The position numbers and the translations under genes are program-made. Positions 41,286-55,904 of a DNA stretch of 64,000 bases are shown in pieces. Below the pieces are notes generated by a model. That model had not been told where the DNA came from and did not search any database. It saw only the letters and a program-made list of their open reading frames with translations. The stretch is from Octopus sinensis (taxonomy: Eukaryota). The DNA lies in NCBI RefSeq assembly GCF_006345805.1, contig NC_042997.1, forward strand, positions 70,370,001 to 70,434,000. The letters run 5' to 3'. Each line of letters starts with the position of its first letter. Positions within the stretch are counted from its first letter, which is position 1.

Positions 41286-43033
41286 TATGCATATGATTAT
41301 GTATGTTTGTATGTATGTATGTATGTATGTATGTATGTATGTATGTATGTATGTATGTATGTATGTATGCATGCATGCATGTATGCATACAATGGATGTC
41401 CACCCGTGCCGGAAGAAAACCATTATTGATCATTGTTCATCTAAAATGCCAGCTATGACTGCGCATGTATTCTTCTGGGTTTGCGTTCGCAGCACCCATG
41501 CTCACTGGGTGCTTTCCTATATGAAAGAATATCGTATTGACGCCTTGCGATTGCACAAGCTAAAGTTTTGAGCCCAATAAAGATCCCAGATCCTTTCCAG
41601 CCTCCTGACATTCCCGCCAGGGCAAGATAACCAGAGCCAATGCGGTTCGAAGGCTAAGGAATGTGGAGGCACCCTGATCTAAAGTGCAAGCAAAAGATAC
41701 CTCAAATGTTCAATGCTATTCGCAGTATATCTCATTTGATATCAGTGAATTTCTCTTAGAAAGAAGTTTTAAATGCTAAGGGTTGCCTTACACCCAGTGG
41801 TCTTCGAGCATGCCGGACACCAACCTATAATATCGGAGGGCCTTTGCTATCGCTAGATAGTCGTTGAACCCACACTATGTTCATCTCTCACTTGTAAGGT
41901 CTCTCAAGTGTCGGGTCGACGGTGAGCAACAAATTCAGCACTGTTCAAAAATATTTCAGGTTTGATGCTCCTATCTTTTCATAGAAATATAGTTCAGTGT
42001 GTCCTTCGATTTTTAAAGTTGATTTGAAGATTTCGCTGATATTTTTAGGAAGTAGCACAGTCGTGTAGTAACTCATTCGTTAACCGTAGTGCTGAAGTAT
42101 TCCACTTAGATATACTAGTATAGATCTCGACAGATTTCTTGGAAGAGAATTGTGTGGCTTGAAAAATTAATTGCTATTTTAAAATTTAATATTTATATCA
42201 TATAAATGGGCATGTTGCCCATATAAAATTGCTTGGCTTAAAACTTGCAGTCTGATATCATATATAATACGATGAGGGTGGCTTTGAGAATTTAGTTACC
42301 TATATATGATTTTTTTCTCTTCAATTACTGAGGGGAATGTCGTTGTTAGGAGTAATAGAGAGAGCAATCCTTTTTTTTCTTTTCTTTGACTTATACTTTT
42401 GTCTAAAAATCACCATTTATTTAAAACTTATTTCAACTGAACCGCATTCAATGAGAGGAAATCTAACCGAGTAGGTAGTCCATAGAATACACGTGAGAAA
42501 ACAGAAACAATCATGGAAATGACACCTTTGCTTGGAAAGTATTTTACACGTAATTTAACTTCTGCTTTCTGAAGTCTACATTATATCCGAAGCTGTTTTC
42601 AAAGAAAGAAAACTCACTACCACACACATAGAAACAAGTCATACACTCACACAGAGATACACATACATACAGAAACAGTCAGGTTAAATATACACACACG
42701 AAAACAAACACAGCGGTCTCTTTAGAGGAGACAGGGAATTCTATGGTGGTATATGTAGGCTTCTATATCTCAGTAAGTATGACGTAGGTGAATACACACA
42801 CACACATTTGATAATATGTAGGTAGAACAGGGCTTACACATACAATTTTGCATACAAAGAAGTACACATACGTACACAAGAATACATGTGCAACTAGGAA
42901 TGCATATATGTATGTGTATAAAATATAAGACATTTTTCTTCGAATGAATATATCTATCTATCTATATATGTATATACATATATATATTATATATGGTTGT
43001 GTGTTTTTATACATACATATATACACACACACA

Positions 43034-43164
<131 letters not shown>

Positions 43165-43273
43165 CATTCCGTGTGTTCAGAAAAGTGTATATACGAATAG
43201 TCACCCTGTATATGTTCTGAAATGAAACACGATTATACATACATACATACATGCATATACACACACACATACA

Positions 43274-43332
<59 letters not shown>

Positions 43333-43445
43333 TATATATTATATATATATACACATACATATATGTATATGTGTGTAGTTGAAATGTAACCACATGTGGA
43401 TCGTTGGCGATTTTTTCCTCCTTCTTCCCTATCTCTCTGTCTGCT

Positions 43446-43480
43446 GTTTCTGAAGAAGAGCTTTGTTCGAAACGTAAAAC
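43446..43480 (+). ncRNA. Minimal Penelope-type hammerhead ribozyme with intact core
   Basis: GUUU-CUGAAGA-A-GAGC-UUU-GUUC-GAAA-CG-UA/AAAC; lies in a Penelope-type terminal repeat (43390-43580). Confidence 0.75.
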
Positions 43481-44714
43481 TACCTTTCTTCCTTCCCTGA
43501 GCGTCTGCTAATATTTTGTACATACCACGCACTCGCGTTGTTGTTTTTTCTAGTGTATTTTCTTCGTTTTTCTTTTAGATTAACTATATATATATATATA
43601 TATACACGTACATACATACATACATACATACATACATACATACATACATACATACGTACTTATATATAATGTTGTGAAGCATATATTTGTATAATACTAC
43701 ATTTATATGCGTATTTACATAGTCATACACACACGCACACACATATTTATGCACACTTACATACAAAATCGTACATGATGGCTGTATTTATTATTTATAT
43801 TTATATAATATTATTAATTGTTTATATAATATATAGAAAAACACTTTCGTTTGAAGCAGTGTGATACCCACAGGAAATATTTATGTTGGGCCCTTTATTT
43901 ATGAGCGTTTCTCTGTCTTCTCTTCACTTACACAGAAACACACAGACGTGCGCAGGCCCAAACTCCTCACCCGAACACAAACACACTCACACAATCACTG
44001 ATGTGTCTGTGTGAGGGATTGTATATATGAATATAACAATGTATACGTGTGAGTGTGTCTGTGTGTATATATGGGCATAGATGTTCATGTAAGTCTACGT
44101 ATATTTGTATGTGTATGTATGTCTGAAAGTGTGTTTGTATGTGTGATACCTTGAGTGTGCTTGCGAGTGTGAGTATATATGTTCCACGCATTTAGCATAT
44201 GTGAATGACACTAGAGAGAGAAAGAATTTGCGTATATGCTCACATAAGCTCTCTGTCACTCACACACATACACATACACACACATACACACACTGACACA
44301 TACATATTCACATACATAGACCCAATAATACACCCATCCAAACAATCAGTGAAATAACAGAACTAAAGACCATCACACAGACACAGACACACTTAAATGC
44401 GTCCTGTAAAATAGACATACACATACGTAAAAGATAGTTTCTGCATTCGTTTTGTGGTCTTTTATTTATCTGCCCATATAACGCAAAATTGTCAGAGAAG
44501 CAATGTGCCAGTGAGGGTATTCAGTTTCGTATAACACCTAAGAAAATATTGATGCAATCTCGAACAGTTATTGAAAAAGAATATCTCTTCATGCTTTGCA
44601 CGCAAGCACGCACAGAGGAGAAGCTGTGTATGCCTATATAAATAGTTACTTGCCAGCGTGAAACTGTGTATTGTCATAAAAGTACCCTCAATATATGTAC
44701 GTATATATATATAA

Positions 44715-44762
<48 letters not shown>

Positions 44763-44910
44763 GTGTTGTGTTTATATATAAACTAAACGTGTATTTGTAT
44801 TATGTTTATGAGAGATGGAATTTTTGCGAATGTCTGTGTACATAATGCGTCTGTGTGTATATATACATGTCTAATATCTGTGTGTGAACTATACATGTGT
44901 AATATTTATT

Positions 44911-44950
<40 letters not shown>

Positions 44951-45272
44951 TGTGTGTGTGTGTGCGTGTGTGTGTATGTATGTGTGTATACACACGCAGT
45001 CATAAGCATATAAATATGCATGTATATGTGTGTGGTGTTGATGTCGTTGGTTGTGTGTTTTTACATTACACTGTTATATGTTCTGATTCCACTATGAATG
45101 TACCTACAATCATACGTCAACAATAAAACAAATACCTATAAACGTATTCAGGGTATGTACAAGTATTATAACTATACATACTCGCGCATGCACTAGCAGT
45201 TATTTTTATATAGATATATACAACCGTGTGTATACGTATGCATATCTTTATGTAAATATGTATGTATATACA

Positions 45273-45330
<58 letters not shown>

Positions 45331-45750
45331 TTATTTGTGTATGCGTGTATTTGCAAAATCATGTGTATATCTCTGTTGGCTATGAACCATCCATTGGATT
45401 CAAAATTGAATTTTCCAGTTGTTAAAGCAACTAATGTGCCTACACATTTATACAGCTTGTAAGTGACTGAGGTTACATTAGACATACGTAACTATTAGCT
45501 AATCTTCAGGCAAAATCAGTTGGACGACGTCTGCGAAAAAGCGGGTGCGTGTTCCAGGTAAGAACTGAAAGAAGTCGGCTTTACAACCCGTGTTGGTTTG
45601 TTTAGGTCTCTGAAACTTTGTGCAACGAGTTAAGAAAATGTGCTCTAAGGTCAATTCGTTAGACTACAATCCTTCAAGACTGTCTCCCAGCATGTCTGTT
45701 ATCCGATGGCTGAAAGAAGAAAAAGGAAATAAATACATGTAATCGAGGCT

Positions 45751-45900
45751 TTTATATCATAAATACCAGCAATATTTTATATTGTAAATACCAGCAATAT
45801 TGTATATCATAGATAACAGCAATAATTTATATTATAAATACCGGCAATACTTTATGTTATAAATACCAATAATATTTTATATTATAAATACTAGCAATTG
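45751..45900. repeat. ~25-bp minisatellite, about 6 degenerate units
   Basis: ATAAATACCAGCAATATTTTATATT-like units. Confidence 0.85.
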
Positions 45901-46394
45901 CAGGTTAATCGAACAATGTATCTTCAGGTTCCTGGGAATGTCATGTCCAACATTACAGATAGGAACACAGACACAGGCACATCAACATAGTTTAGAGAAA
46001 CTGAAAACAACTGTATATATTACATAAAATTTCAAAATTAGGCTAATGCAAAATGTATCATTGTAGATCCCAGACACCTTCCCTGGAGCTTATTTTGTTC
46101 GCATAAGGAACATATTGTTTTGGTTAATAAACTTTTGATGGTTTCCAACATTTTAAAGGCTTCCACTTTTACAACATAGTGAAGAAAGAATAATTGTGTA
46201 CGTGCCTCGTAAGCCCTATTTTGTTTTCTTTATAATATAATACAATATGACATAATATATAATATATATAATATATATATATATATATAATATATATATA
46301 TATATTATATAGGAGGGCCAAAAACGTCTCTTAAATTTTGGGTGAAAGCAACTACTTGTGAGTGTGGGAACCACTATGCTTACGCAATCTTTTA

Positions 46395-46760
46395 CTTGTT
46401 TCAATCATTGGACTACGGCTATGCTGAAGGAATCGACTGTTGTACTTTTTTAAGTCTTGTACTTATTCTGTCGGTCTACCTGCCAAATCTCTGAGACACG
46501 GGTCATAAAAACAAAAACCAAGACCGATGTCAAGGGGTGTACGGGGAAAAGAACATACACACAAGCACACACACGCACGCACACATACAGGCATATCTGC
46601 GCCAGGCTTCCACATAGCTTTCTCTTATGAAATTTACCCACAAAGCCGTGATCGTCCTGTTGATATAGTAGAAGACACTTGTCGAAGGGGCAGCACAGTG
46701 GGACTGAGCCCATAATTACACACTCGCAAACCAAGCTTCTTACCTACGCAGCCATTTCTG
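46395..46760 (-). mobile_element. Decayed CORE-like SINE
   Basis: GATATAGTAGAAGACACTTGTCGAAGGGGCAGCACAGTGGGACTGAGCCC on the plus strand. Confidence 0.7.
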
Positions 46761-47175
46761 TACCTACAGTTTATTAGTAAACTGTGTACTAGCATACCAA
46801 AGGACGTTAAATAAACAAAAATATGTTTCCTTTTATTGGAAGTTAACAAAGCAGTAGCAATTGTATTGTGCAGTTAAATAAATAGAGGATTAATATATAA
46901 GGATAGAGTGGAGGGTGAGACAACTCTGAACCTGCTCCAGTGATATTAGACCGCATCAAGAAAGCATAGTGTAACCGAGATTATTAGACTGACTAGAGCT
47001 ATATAATATGTTACGTGAGTTATGAATGAGGGACACTATATGTTAATAGAGTGGCGGCGAATTGAATTAATAAAAATGATACAGCCCCATCGATATTTAA
47101 TTAATTTTAATTGGTTGGAATTTAATGGATGTTCACATCTGTCTTTTTTCTTTTTAATTTTGAAACAATTACTTA

Positions 47176-47823
47176 TCCCTGGTTTATTGGCCATTCCATT
47201 ATTTTACGATATCAAGTCACACTTTGGGAGTTGGTCCAATAAGTAGTCGCACAATGCTATCAATCCAAGAAACTCTCAGCTTAGCCACTTGTGAATTTTT
47301 TATTCATTTTGTTGATTTTTCTTCTATGTAGCCTGTTCATTAGTCTTAGATTATCTGTATAATCAAATTGTTAATCGTGCATTGATTCATCACGTTGTAG
47401 ATTCAAATTCCACCGGAATTGACTGAGACTTTCATCCTTCGGGATCAATAAAATGAATATCAGTTAAGCATTGGGGACGATGTAATCGACCTACCCTCTC
47501 CCCCGTAATTGCTGGCCTGGTGCCAAACTTTGGAACCAATATTAAAGAAAAATCTTGTATTCAAAATCCCTCCGCCATGTTTTGTCTTTATAACAATTTT
47601 TTTTCTCGTTTATGAATCAATGCACGATTAACAATTTGATTACACAGATAATCTAAGATTATTGAACACACTGAATAGAAGAAAAATCAACAAAATGAAT
47701 AAAAAATTCACAAGTGGCTAATCTGAGAGTTTTTTGGATTGATAGCATTGTGCGACTACTTAGACCAACTCCCAAAGCGTAACTTGATATCGTAAAAGAA
47801 TGGAATGGCCAATAAACCAGGGA
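47176..47823. mobile_element. Foldback/MITE with ~213-bp inverted arms and a central SINE fragment
   Basis: 47176-47390 is the reverse complement of 47611-47823; TA|TCCCTGG...CCAGGGA|TA; SINE-like GATTCAAATTCCACCGG...TTTCATCCTTCGGG in the centre. Confidence 0.85.
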
Positions 47824-49981
47824 TACTAAAATAGTTAATGCAATCACTTAAGAAATATTAATCGATAATACTATAATTTATAGTTATATACATATACAGA
47901 GACCCCACGCGCGCGCGCACACACACACACACATTGATGAACAATAAATTTCCAAAGGCTTTCATCGGTTCAAGATATCTTTACTCTTATGTATTTGATA
48001 AAATGATTGTAGTAGCTGTTGATGTAGCTGTTTCTCATTGAATGCCATATATATAATGATGTGTCTGTTTCTCTTTTGTTAATAATATTGGCGTTAAGGT
48101 TTCGTCAGCAATGATTTTATATTTTATTGAAGTGCTTGTGCATTTTGCTCAAGAGGAATATCTATGGTTTAAGCTGCATACTATATTTTGCAGTTACTAG
48201 AAATTACTTGAACAATCTCCTAATTAAATAGATGAGATGGATTGCATAGGACTGATTAAATCTGGATTAAACATATTATACATACGACACAACCCCAATA
48301 TATATCACTCTTAGAAATGTAAAATTATATATACTACAATTATTTACATTAAAGATCTTAATAAACGAATGTCCGAAGGTAAAATATGTCATTGATAAAA
48401 TCATTACACAGAATACTACATAGGGTTTATGCAAACGGTAACTTCAAAGACAAGTCCTCAGAATAAAACAAAATATTGGATATACAAACAAGTTAATAGA
48501 CCAAGATATAGATCAATACAGAAAGAAATTCAACTCAGTAAAAACAAACTACTCAACAAAGACTAAAAATAATACAACAAACAATCCGTGGAAATTCTGT
48601 TACATGAACTGAATACATTGTAACTATAGAGCAGCTTAAAATGTTATTATTATGTCTGCGAAATAGACCACAACATACATTGTACCCAGTGACATTAATA
48701 ATATATTCCAAAAATATCTAAATTTCGTAATGTCCTCATCGCACTCAAGCTGCTAAGGGAAAACTGCTCAACAATCAACAAATTTACCTTCAGAACTGAA
48801 CTGTCTTAGTGTCATTGATATGGCAATACGGGTTAACAGCGCCAAGCAGTGATGTGTATAGATACAAAGTTATGTTCAAATATGCTTGGGGCATATTCGA
48901 ACCCGTAAGAAAGCCATTCACTGTATTTTATCATGGAGAGAATCTCTCGTTGCAGGCAAATGGTGTAAATACACCAGAATCAGCTCGAAGTGCCACCTAT
49001 CTACACTTGGAGACGCAAGCATTTCGGAATGGTTATCTCCTCTTCAACTACAGAAACCGGACAGGGTGCATTTGGAGCTGATAAGAGTAATTGTCTCTCT
49101 TATAATATTTCCGTCATTGTACAATGACTGGTAGCGATAATTGGCAGCCCACCGCAAACAAATTACGGGGTGGCAGCAGTAAGCAGTGATATGAAAAAGA
49201 CGCAAGTTTATTACCAGGAGTGTTTGAGAGAGCGTGTATTACAGTAACCAAAGCGTGTATTACAAAATACGTTTGTGTTATTTGGTTGCTGTCGTTTACG
49301 TTTTCACTTCAAACGTAGCTGTAGTAAACTTTGTCCTTCAGTCTTCCGAGGTAAGTCCAGCTCGACACAATTTAAAGGCAGAAAAGATGGATGAAATGCC
49401 GCTAAGCATTTGCTGGCCATTGATAAAATTATTTTCGAGAAATTATATTTTTTTTCGAAAAGAATTTTATCCTCACATTTGATATAAATTTAAGCGTTCA
49501 CTTCCGAAATAACTCACTCTGTGAGAGCCTCAGTTCAAATCGCACGTGCCTCGAATGGGCTGCAGTATTTCTATTTTGGATGTATTTGGGGTACTTAGTT
49601 GTGCCCGTGACTTAGTGTTTGCTTCTTCCATGGGTATGAGTAAGTATCTCATTTATTTCTTTTGTCACATGTATCACTAACGAAGAGAGGGCTCTTAGTA
49701 GCTAACTATGAAATCGGTCCGATATGGTAATAATGGAATTTTTTAGAAATTTCTGTCGACCTTTTTTCGAGTAGCGTGCGTATTGCGAAAAAATCATATG
49801 GTTAATGGACAATAGATCCAATTTTTCGGCATATTTGGCATTAGAAAATTTTTTCCTTTGCCCTCATTTATGAATTGTTTATAAATTTAACCGTTAAAGG
49901 TATTTTTTAATATTCTGGCCATTGATAACATTTGTTTCGAGAAAATATTTTTTTTCGAAAAGAATTTTATCCTCACATTTG

Positions 49982-50058
<77 letters not shown>

Positions 50059-50644
50059 CATATATGTGTATATATATATATGTGTATATATGTATATATA
50101 TATGTATGTTTATATATATATGTATGTATAAGCACACACATCTAGCTAACTGGAATAATGCAACATGCCTGCTTCTTTAAACTGCATTGCTGCCGAGGTC
50201 TATGTAACGTGTTCAGACAGTCACTACTAGCATTGCTTTGCAAATGCAATTGGAAGTGTTAAAGCCGATAAGAGACACAAACAGTGAAAAACACAAACGT
50301 GCACACATGCACGCATACAGACACACAGAAAGACACATAGACAGACGCACACATACATATTTGACTTCATATAACCTTATTCTATTTTCCAAAGTAGCAG
50401 GTAATCTACCAATTTATATATTTATATATTCATACACACATATACACACCCATAAACAGTTACTTGCGCACTGCCACGCAAATGTCACATACCTTTTTAA
50501 ATAGTCATAATATTCTGAGTGTGTAGGAGCTCATTTATCTTCCAATATATGCTTATGTACATCACAGTTACACATGCACACACGCACATATTCAGTTGTA
50601 TGTATATGTGTGTGTATATATATATATATATATATAGATAAATT

Positions 50645-50706
<62 letters not shown>

Positions 50707-50852
50707 CGATAGATAGATAAAACTTACTTGGAAGAGGATGCGTGGCATTCAATCATACAATAATATAAATAATATGTATGCATATATACATACGTATATG
50801 CACATGCTTGCATCTATACGTATATATATATATGCATATGTACGCATTGGAC

Positions 50853-51059
50853 GTCACGAAACGTGCACAACAAAGAATATGAAGCACTAGTACATGCAAT
50901 ACGAACATTTTTTTTCGAACAGCCAAAGACACAAATGGAAAAGAAGACAAACAACATAAAGAACGACCCTTCACCAGTTGTTGGCCGTTTTTCTACTCTT
51001 GTATTTCGAGCTCGAAATACGATAGTACTTCGTATTTTTTGTTGTACACTTTTCGTGAC
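50853..51059. mobile_element. Short element with ~37-bp terminal inverted repeats (Penelope-type end fragment?)
   Basis: GTCACGAAACGTGCACAACAAAG... / ...TTTTTGTTGTACACTTTTCGTGAC. Confidence 0.5.
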
Positions 51060-51105
51060 GCCCTATGCCTATATATGCATATATATATGCATATATGTAT
51101 GTATA

Positions 51106-51186
<81 letters not shown>

Positions 51187-51416
51187 ATATATACATATAT
51201 ATATATACGTATAGATGTAAGTATGTACATATACTTATGTATATATGCATATATATAACTCCACCAGAATGGACGAAAGCGCAAATATATGATATATGAT
51301 ATATGACGTATAAAAACATGTAATATACAAATAAATATCTATAAATATAAAACCATCCGAATTTCTGAGTACCTCATTTCTTCTAATATAAAATACCTGT
51401 ACATCATCTTCAAACC

Positions 51417-51483
<67 letters not shown>

Positions 51484-52423
51484 GTATAGATGTAAGTATG
51501 TACATATACGTATGTATATATGCATATATATATATATATATTCTTGTCAATGACAAAATATTCCGTCAACAATGAATAAAAATGCTATAATGAAAAATAT
51601 TTAAGAATTATGGTTGCTTGGAAAACATCATTAGAGAAATATCCCATTATCGTCAAATATACTCCGGAACTGACCAAACGATTAGGTTAACTGTAATTTC
51701 AGTATCAACACATCGTACCCGTTGAATAGCAAAGTCTTCCAAGAGGTGTTAGAATATGTAACTAAATTATTTACACGCATTATTGAAAAGAACAATGTAG
51801 AGAATGCGTTTTAAAACGCAGGAATGCACTACATATACAATGCTGCATTACCACAGATAATTTAATTCTACGGCTTTCTATCAATACATGTAGAAAGTCA
51901 AGGAGATGTAACAGCCACCAATAAATTGTGGCATTGTCGGGGCAACAGCTTTATTATCTAACAAATCATGAAGAAGTAACTTACATCGGACTTTTACATA
52001 TTATATTTGTCTGCAAATGTGAAATAAACGTCCGACATATTGATACGGTGTGTCGCGAGTCATAATATTCTTTTCATAAATAATAACAATTATCAGAATA
52101 AAAACTCTTAGCATTTAGGTTGTTGACATTCTTGTAGTCATTGCCGCCATCATAGTTGTTTAATGTGCCTGGTTGAGGTGGTGGTGTTAGTGAATAGATA
52201 ATCTATCAATGCTGAGCTAGCAGAGCCATGATCTACGGTTCGAGCACTGGATAGATGTTTAATTTGTTTCCCATCAGCTCATCACTGAGTTTGAAAGCAA
52301 CTTACAATGATTAATGTCGCATGTAGGTGATAAATAACACTCGTTTATTTAAGACTAGAAAACATAAAGATTTCTCAGTCGTTGCAATAAAAGTGTAGGA
52401 TTAGTGTATATAATAATAATAAC

Positions 52424-52473
<50 letters not shown>

Positions 52474-52699
52474 TACGGGGATGTTTAAGATGAAAGAGCG
52501 ATAAAACACTGCTCCAAACTCTATCCCAAATCATCGGGAATAAAGACAGCTGACAAAGTGGTGGACTATATCTGAGTAATACTCATTGAAAATTATTTCT
52601 ATTTTCCAAATGAAATAATGTATTTTAACTGTATATCATCTCCACTTTTTGAACAGCATATGTAAACATGCTCGCCACATTACGATCCAATCTACACCT

Positions 52700-53620
52700 G
52701 ACCATCTTCGTTCCAAAACACCAAGCATAATAGAATTTAAATGTACAATGGTGTGCAGAAAGCACCAAAACAGAACACCACACACAAACATAAGAACGGG
52801 AATGAAGGCGAAACAAATCTAAAACCTGGAAACAGAAATGGTGAACCTAATGATTATGATACTCTGAAAATGCGCATAATCAAAGAACTGAAAGCCACAG
52901 ATCTCAGTATAGACCAACAATTGTACCTCCCAAAAATCAAAATAGATAATAAAACAAGCATGAACCTGGCCGTCACAGAACTAATAGCCACAGAAACAAA
53001 TGTCAATATCACTGCGACCACAAAAGAAGCTGGATACTCCCTCAAACCCATCCAAACAGGAATGCCCTCACCCAAACAAACCCTGTGGGAAAATTGAAAA
53101 CACGCGAAAAGATCTGTCAATCCTTAACGAAACTAGTAGACAATCAAGACTACCAAGTAACAAGAAGAGAACAAAAATACTGTGTAAATACAACATTACA
53201 GAAAAAGGCTTACCTGAGGTGAAAGAACCACTAAAGGAAGATATCCTTGCCAAAGCACAAAGGATCCGCCGTTATGAGAAACGTCATTGTTTCTTTGCAG
53301 AAAGCAAAGAGTTCAACTCCAACCTCAAAAGATTCTACCAAGAACTTGGCAAAAATAAAATAGACACCAATGCAGCACCAACAGCAGAAGAAGTGGGAGC
53401 ATGCTGGAAAGAAATATGGTCGGTGAAGGAACAACCTCAGAAAAGGTCTATTAAAACAACGAACTCAACACCTGAACAAATCTGGACACCTCTAACAACT
53501 GACGAGGTCACCCAGACACTGCAAAAACTAAGCAACTGGAAGGCACCCGGGTACATCTGGTTTAATTATCTGACAGGAACACACAAAAGCTGGCTGAAAA
53601 AGTTAATGACATACCTTCGA
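52700..53620 (+). mobile_element. R4/Dong-clade LINE N-terminal fragment
   Basis: AKAQRIRRYEKR...KRFYQEL...PTAEEVGACWKEIWS...EVTQTLQKLSNWKAPG. Confidence 0.8.
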
Positions 53621-53952
53621 GCACCTTCCGGCATATTCGAGCAGTTCCAAGCAGTGCTGTTTTCTGCAAGTGATCCACCTTTATTGCAGCCCCTATTTAT
53701 TCCACGTACTTTTCGAGATTTTTGCTTACTGTTCCCATGGCACCGACAATTATTGGTACTGCTACTACCTTTTTCATCGACCACAACTGCTTAACTTCCC
53801 AAGCTAACTTGTTATATCTCTCAACTTTTCTTTCTTCCTTGTTGTCAGCTGGGCATGCTATATCTATGATCCAGTATAGTTTGTTTTCTTTCCGGCTTCC
53901 TATTCTCTATCTCATGGTCGCACTGAAGCATAAAATCCCACAAGATCTTTGC
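53620..53952 (-). mobile_element. 3' end of a second R4/Dong-like family
   Basis: Minus strand KILWDFMLQCDHEIENRKP...KVERYNKLAWEVKQLW...VPIIVGAMG...LQKTALLGTARICRKVL. Confidence 0.82.
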
Positions 53953-54001
53953 ATTATTATTATTATTATTATTAATATTATTATTATTATCATCATCATC
54001 A

Positions 54002-54031
<30 letters not shown>

Positions 54032-54037
<6 letters not shown>

Positions 54038-54440
54038 TCATTGCCTGGAATCGAACTCAGAGTCTTGGGGTTAGTAGCCCGCGCTCTTAACCACTAAGCC
54101 ATATGTCCGTAGCGTAGTGGTTAAGAGCGCGGGCTACTAACGCCAAATTCCGAGTTCGATTCCAGGTAGTGACCTGAATAATAAGAATAATTCTCAACAT
54201 TAGATTCAAACTTCCGGTATTGACATAAAAACGGTGAAGTCTATCTCTGTCTAAATTTTAATGCTTATATTTCAAATTTTAATTCGCTATTTGTAAATAC
54301 CTACGATAAATTCCGAAAGAAATGTTTATAAAGTTCACAAATTTAAATATTCGGTACAAGTCACTTTTCACCGTGCTTTTAGTTATACGATTTTTTTTTA
54401 TTCCATATCAATCTCAATCATTCTTTACGACACTTTCTCT

Positions 54441-54484
<44 letters not shown>

Positions 54485-54494
54485 ACTCTCTCCC

Positions 54495-54529
<35 letters not shown>

Positions 54530-54604
54530 TACACACACACACACACACTCAAGGATTGATTTCTTTATTACACAATTAAACATGGGGCGCCCAAAAATTA
54601 TGGG
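54032..54604. repeat. Left arm of ~570-bp inverted repeat, including a head-to-head pair of tRNA-like heads (54032-54179)
   Basis: Reverse complement of 58651-59212. Confidence 0.9.
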
Positions 54605-54768
54605 TCAGTAAGACTCGCTGAGGATTACTAAATGAGATTTTCACAATGTTGGAAATCGTGCTGATATAGACATATTTATTTACAAATAGGTTTGTGCTTC
54701 ATTGTCTATTTGTTTGTACGCATATATGTGTGTATGTATTTGAATATGTATATATGTGTATATATATA

Positions 54769-54921
<153 letters not shown>

Positions 54922-55904
54922 GTTCGCACAGTACAGTATCATATTTTAAAAGAAAATGTTTGACAGCTACTTCGAAGTTAAGCTTAGTAAGTATGAATTC
55001 GATATTATGTTTACTTTTATTTCCCAAAAGCACACTGTTGCACTACACAAACATTGGTTCCACATTATGCCACCAACAAACGACACCTCGATAACTGAAT
55101 ATAAAGCTAAACTTGCGAATGGGTGGAGCAACAAGGCTACAATGCATGTGAAGTGTAATAGTGGTACATTTTCTTAAAAAGATCAATATGACTATACATG
55201 GTTTAGTTGTGCAAAAACGTTCAGTATATTTGTAAGAATAAAATAAGAATTCGAATATGAAGTATAGAGAAGAAACGGAAGAAGAAACTTTTTAATGAGT
55301 AGCTGTATAAAATATTTTTGATTAAAATATTTTTCCTAGTTCTACAGTGAAAGATATCTTAAAAGAAGTTGGATGATAAATAGTAATATGCTTACATTTA
55401 GTATAACAAATTTCATTTCTTGGCATCTTTTAGAAAGGGGAGTGTTCATTCAAACATGCAAGTACAAACAGGAGCTAAAGCTACATATTTGTAGAGGCGC
55501 TACTCTGGTAATACACAGGGTAAATAATGAGTATTTGTTTTGGTGCTATTTCCGTGATTCACTCAAGCATTTGTCCAATATAGGTGAGCCATATAAGATT
55601 TGTATACAAATCAAATAAAAAAACAACATAAAATTTAGTTGTTTGTAGTAAAGGGTTGCTGTAAGTAAATCCTATGCACGTATATATTTGTAGGCATATT
55701 TATATACATACATGTCACCCTACATGACAAAACAGTAATATGTAACTACATACATATACAAAAATGTATGTACATATATATATATATATATATGTATGTA
55801 AGTATGCATGTGTGTGTATGTGTATGTACGTATATGTTTGTACTGAGAGACATAGGTAAAGAGATCTACGTATATATATATATATATATATATATATTTC
55901 TTTA

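Noticed and set aside
41420-41950. GC-richer segment, possible LINE or RNase H remnant
   Set aside because: No diagnostic motif found in any frame, so left unclassified
44490-44640. Open stretch after an AG acceptor-like site
   Set aside because: Ends in a stop with no donor; no recognisable homology
54090-54179. tRNA-like sequences as true tRNA genes (also 59140-59212, 59286-59360, 25549-25620)
   Set aside because: Acceptor and anticodon stems do not pair cleanly and the heads continue into repeat bodies, so they are SINE heads
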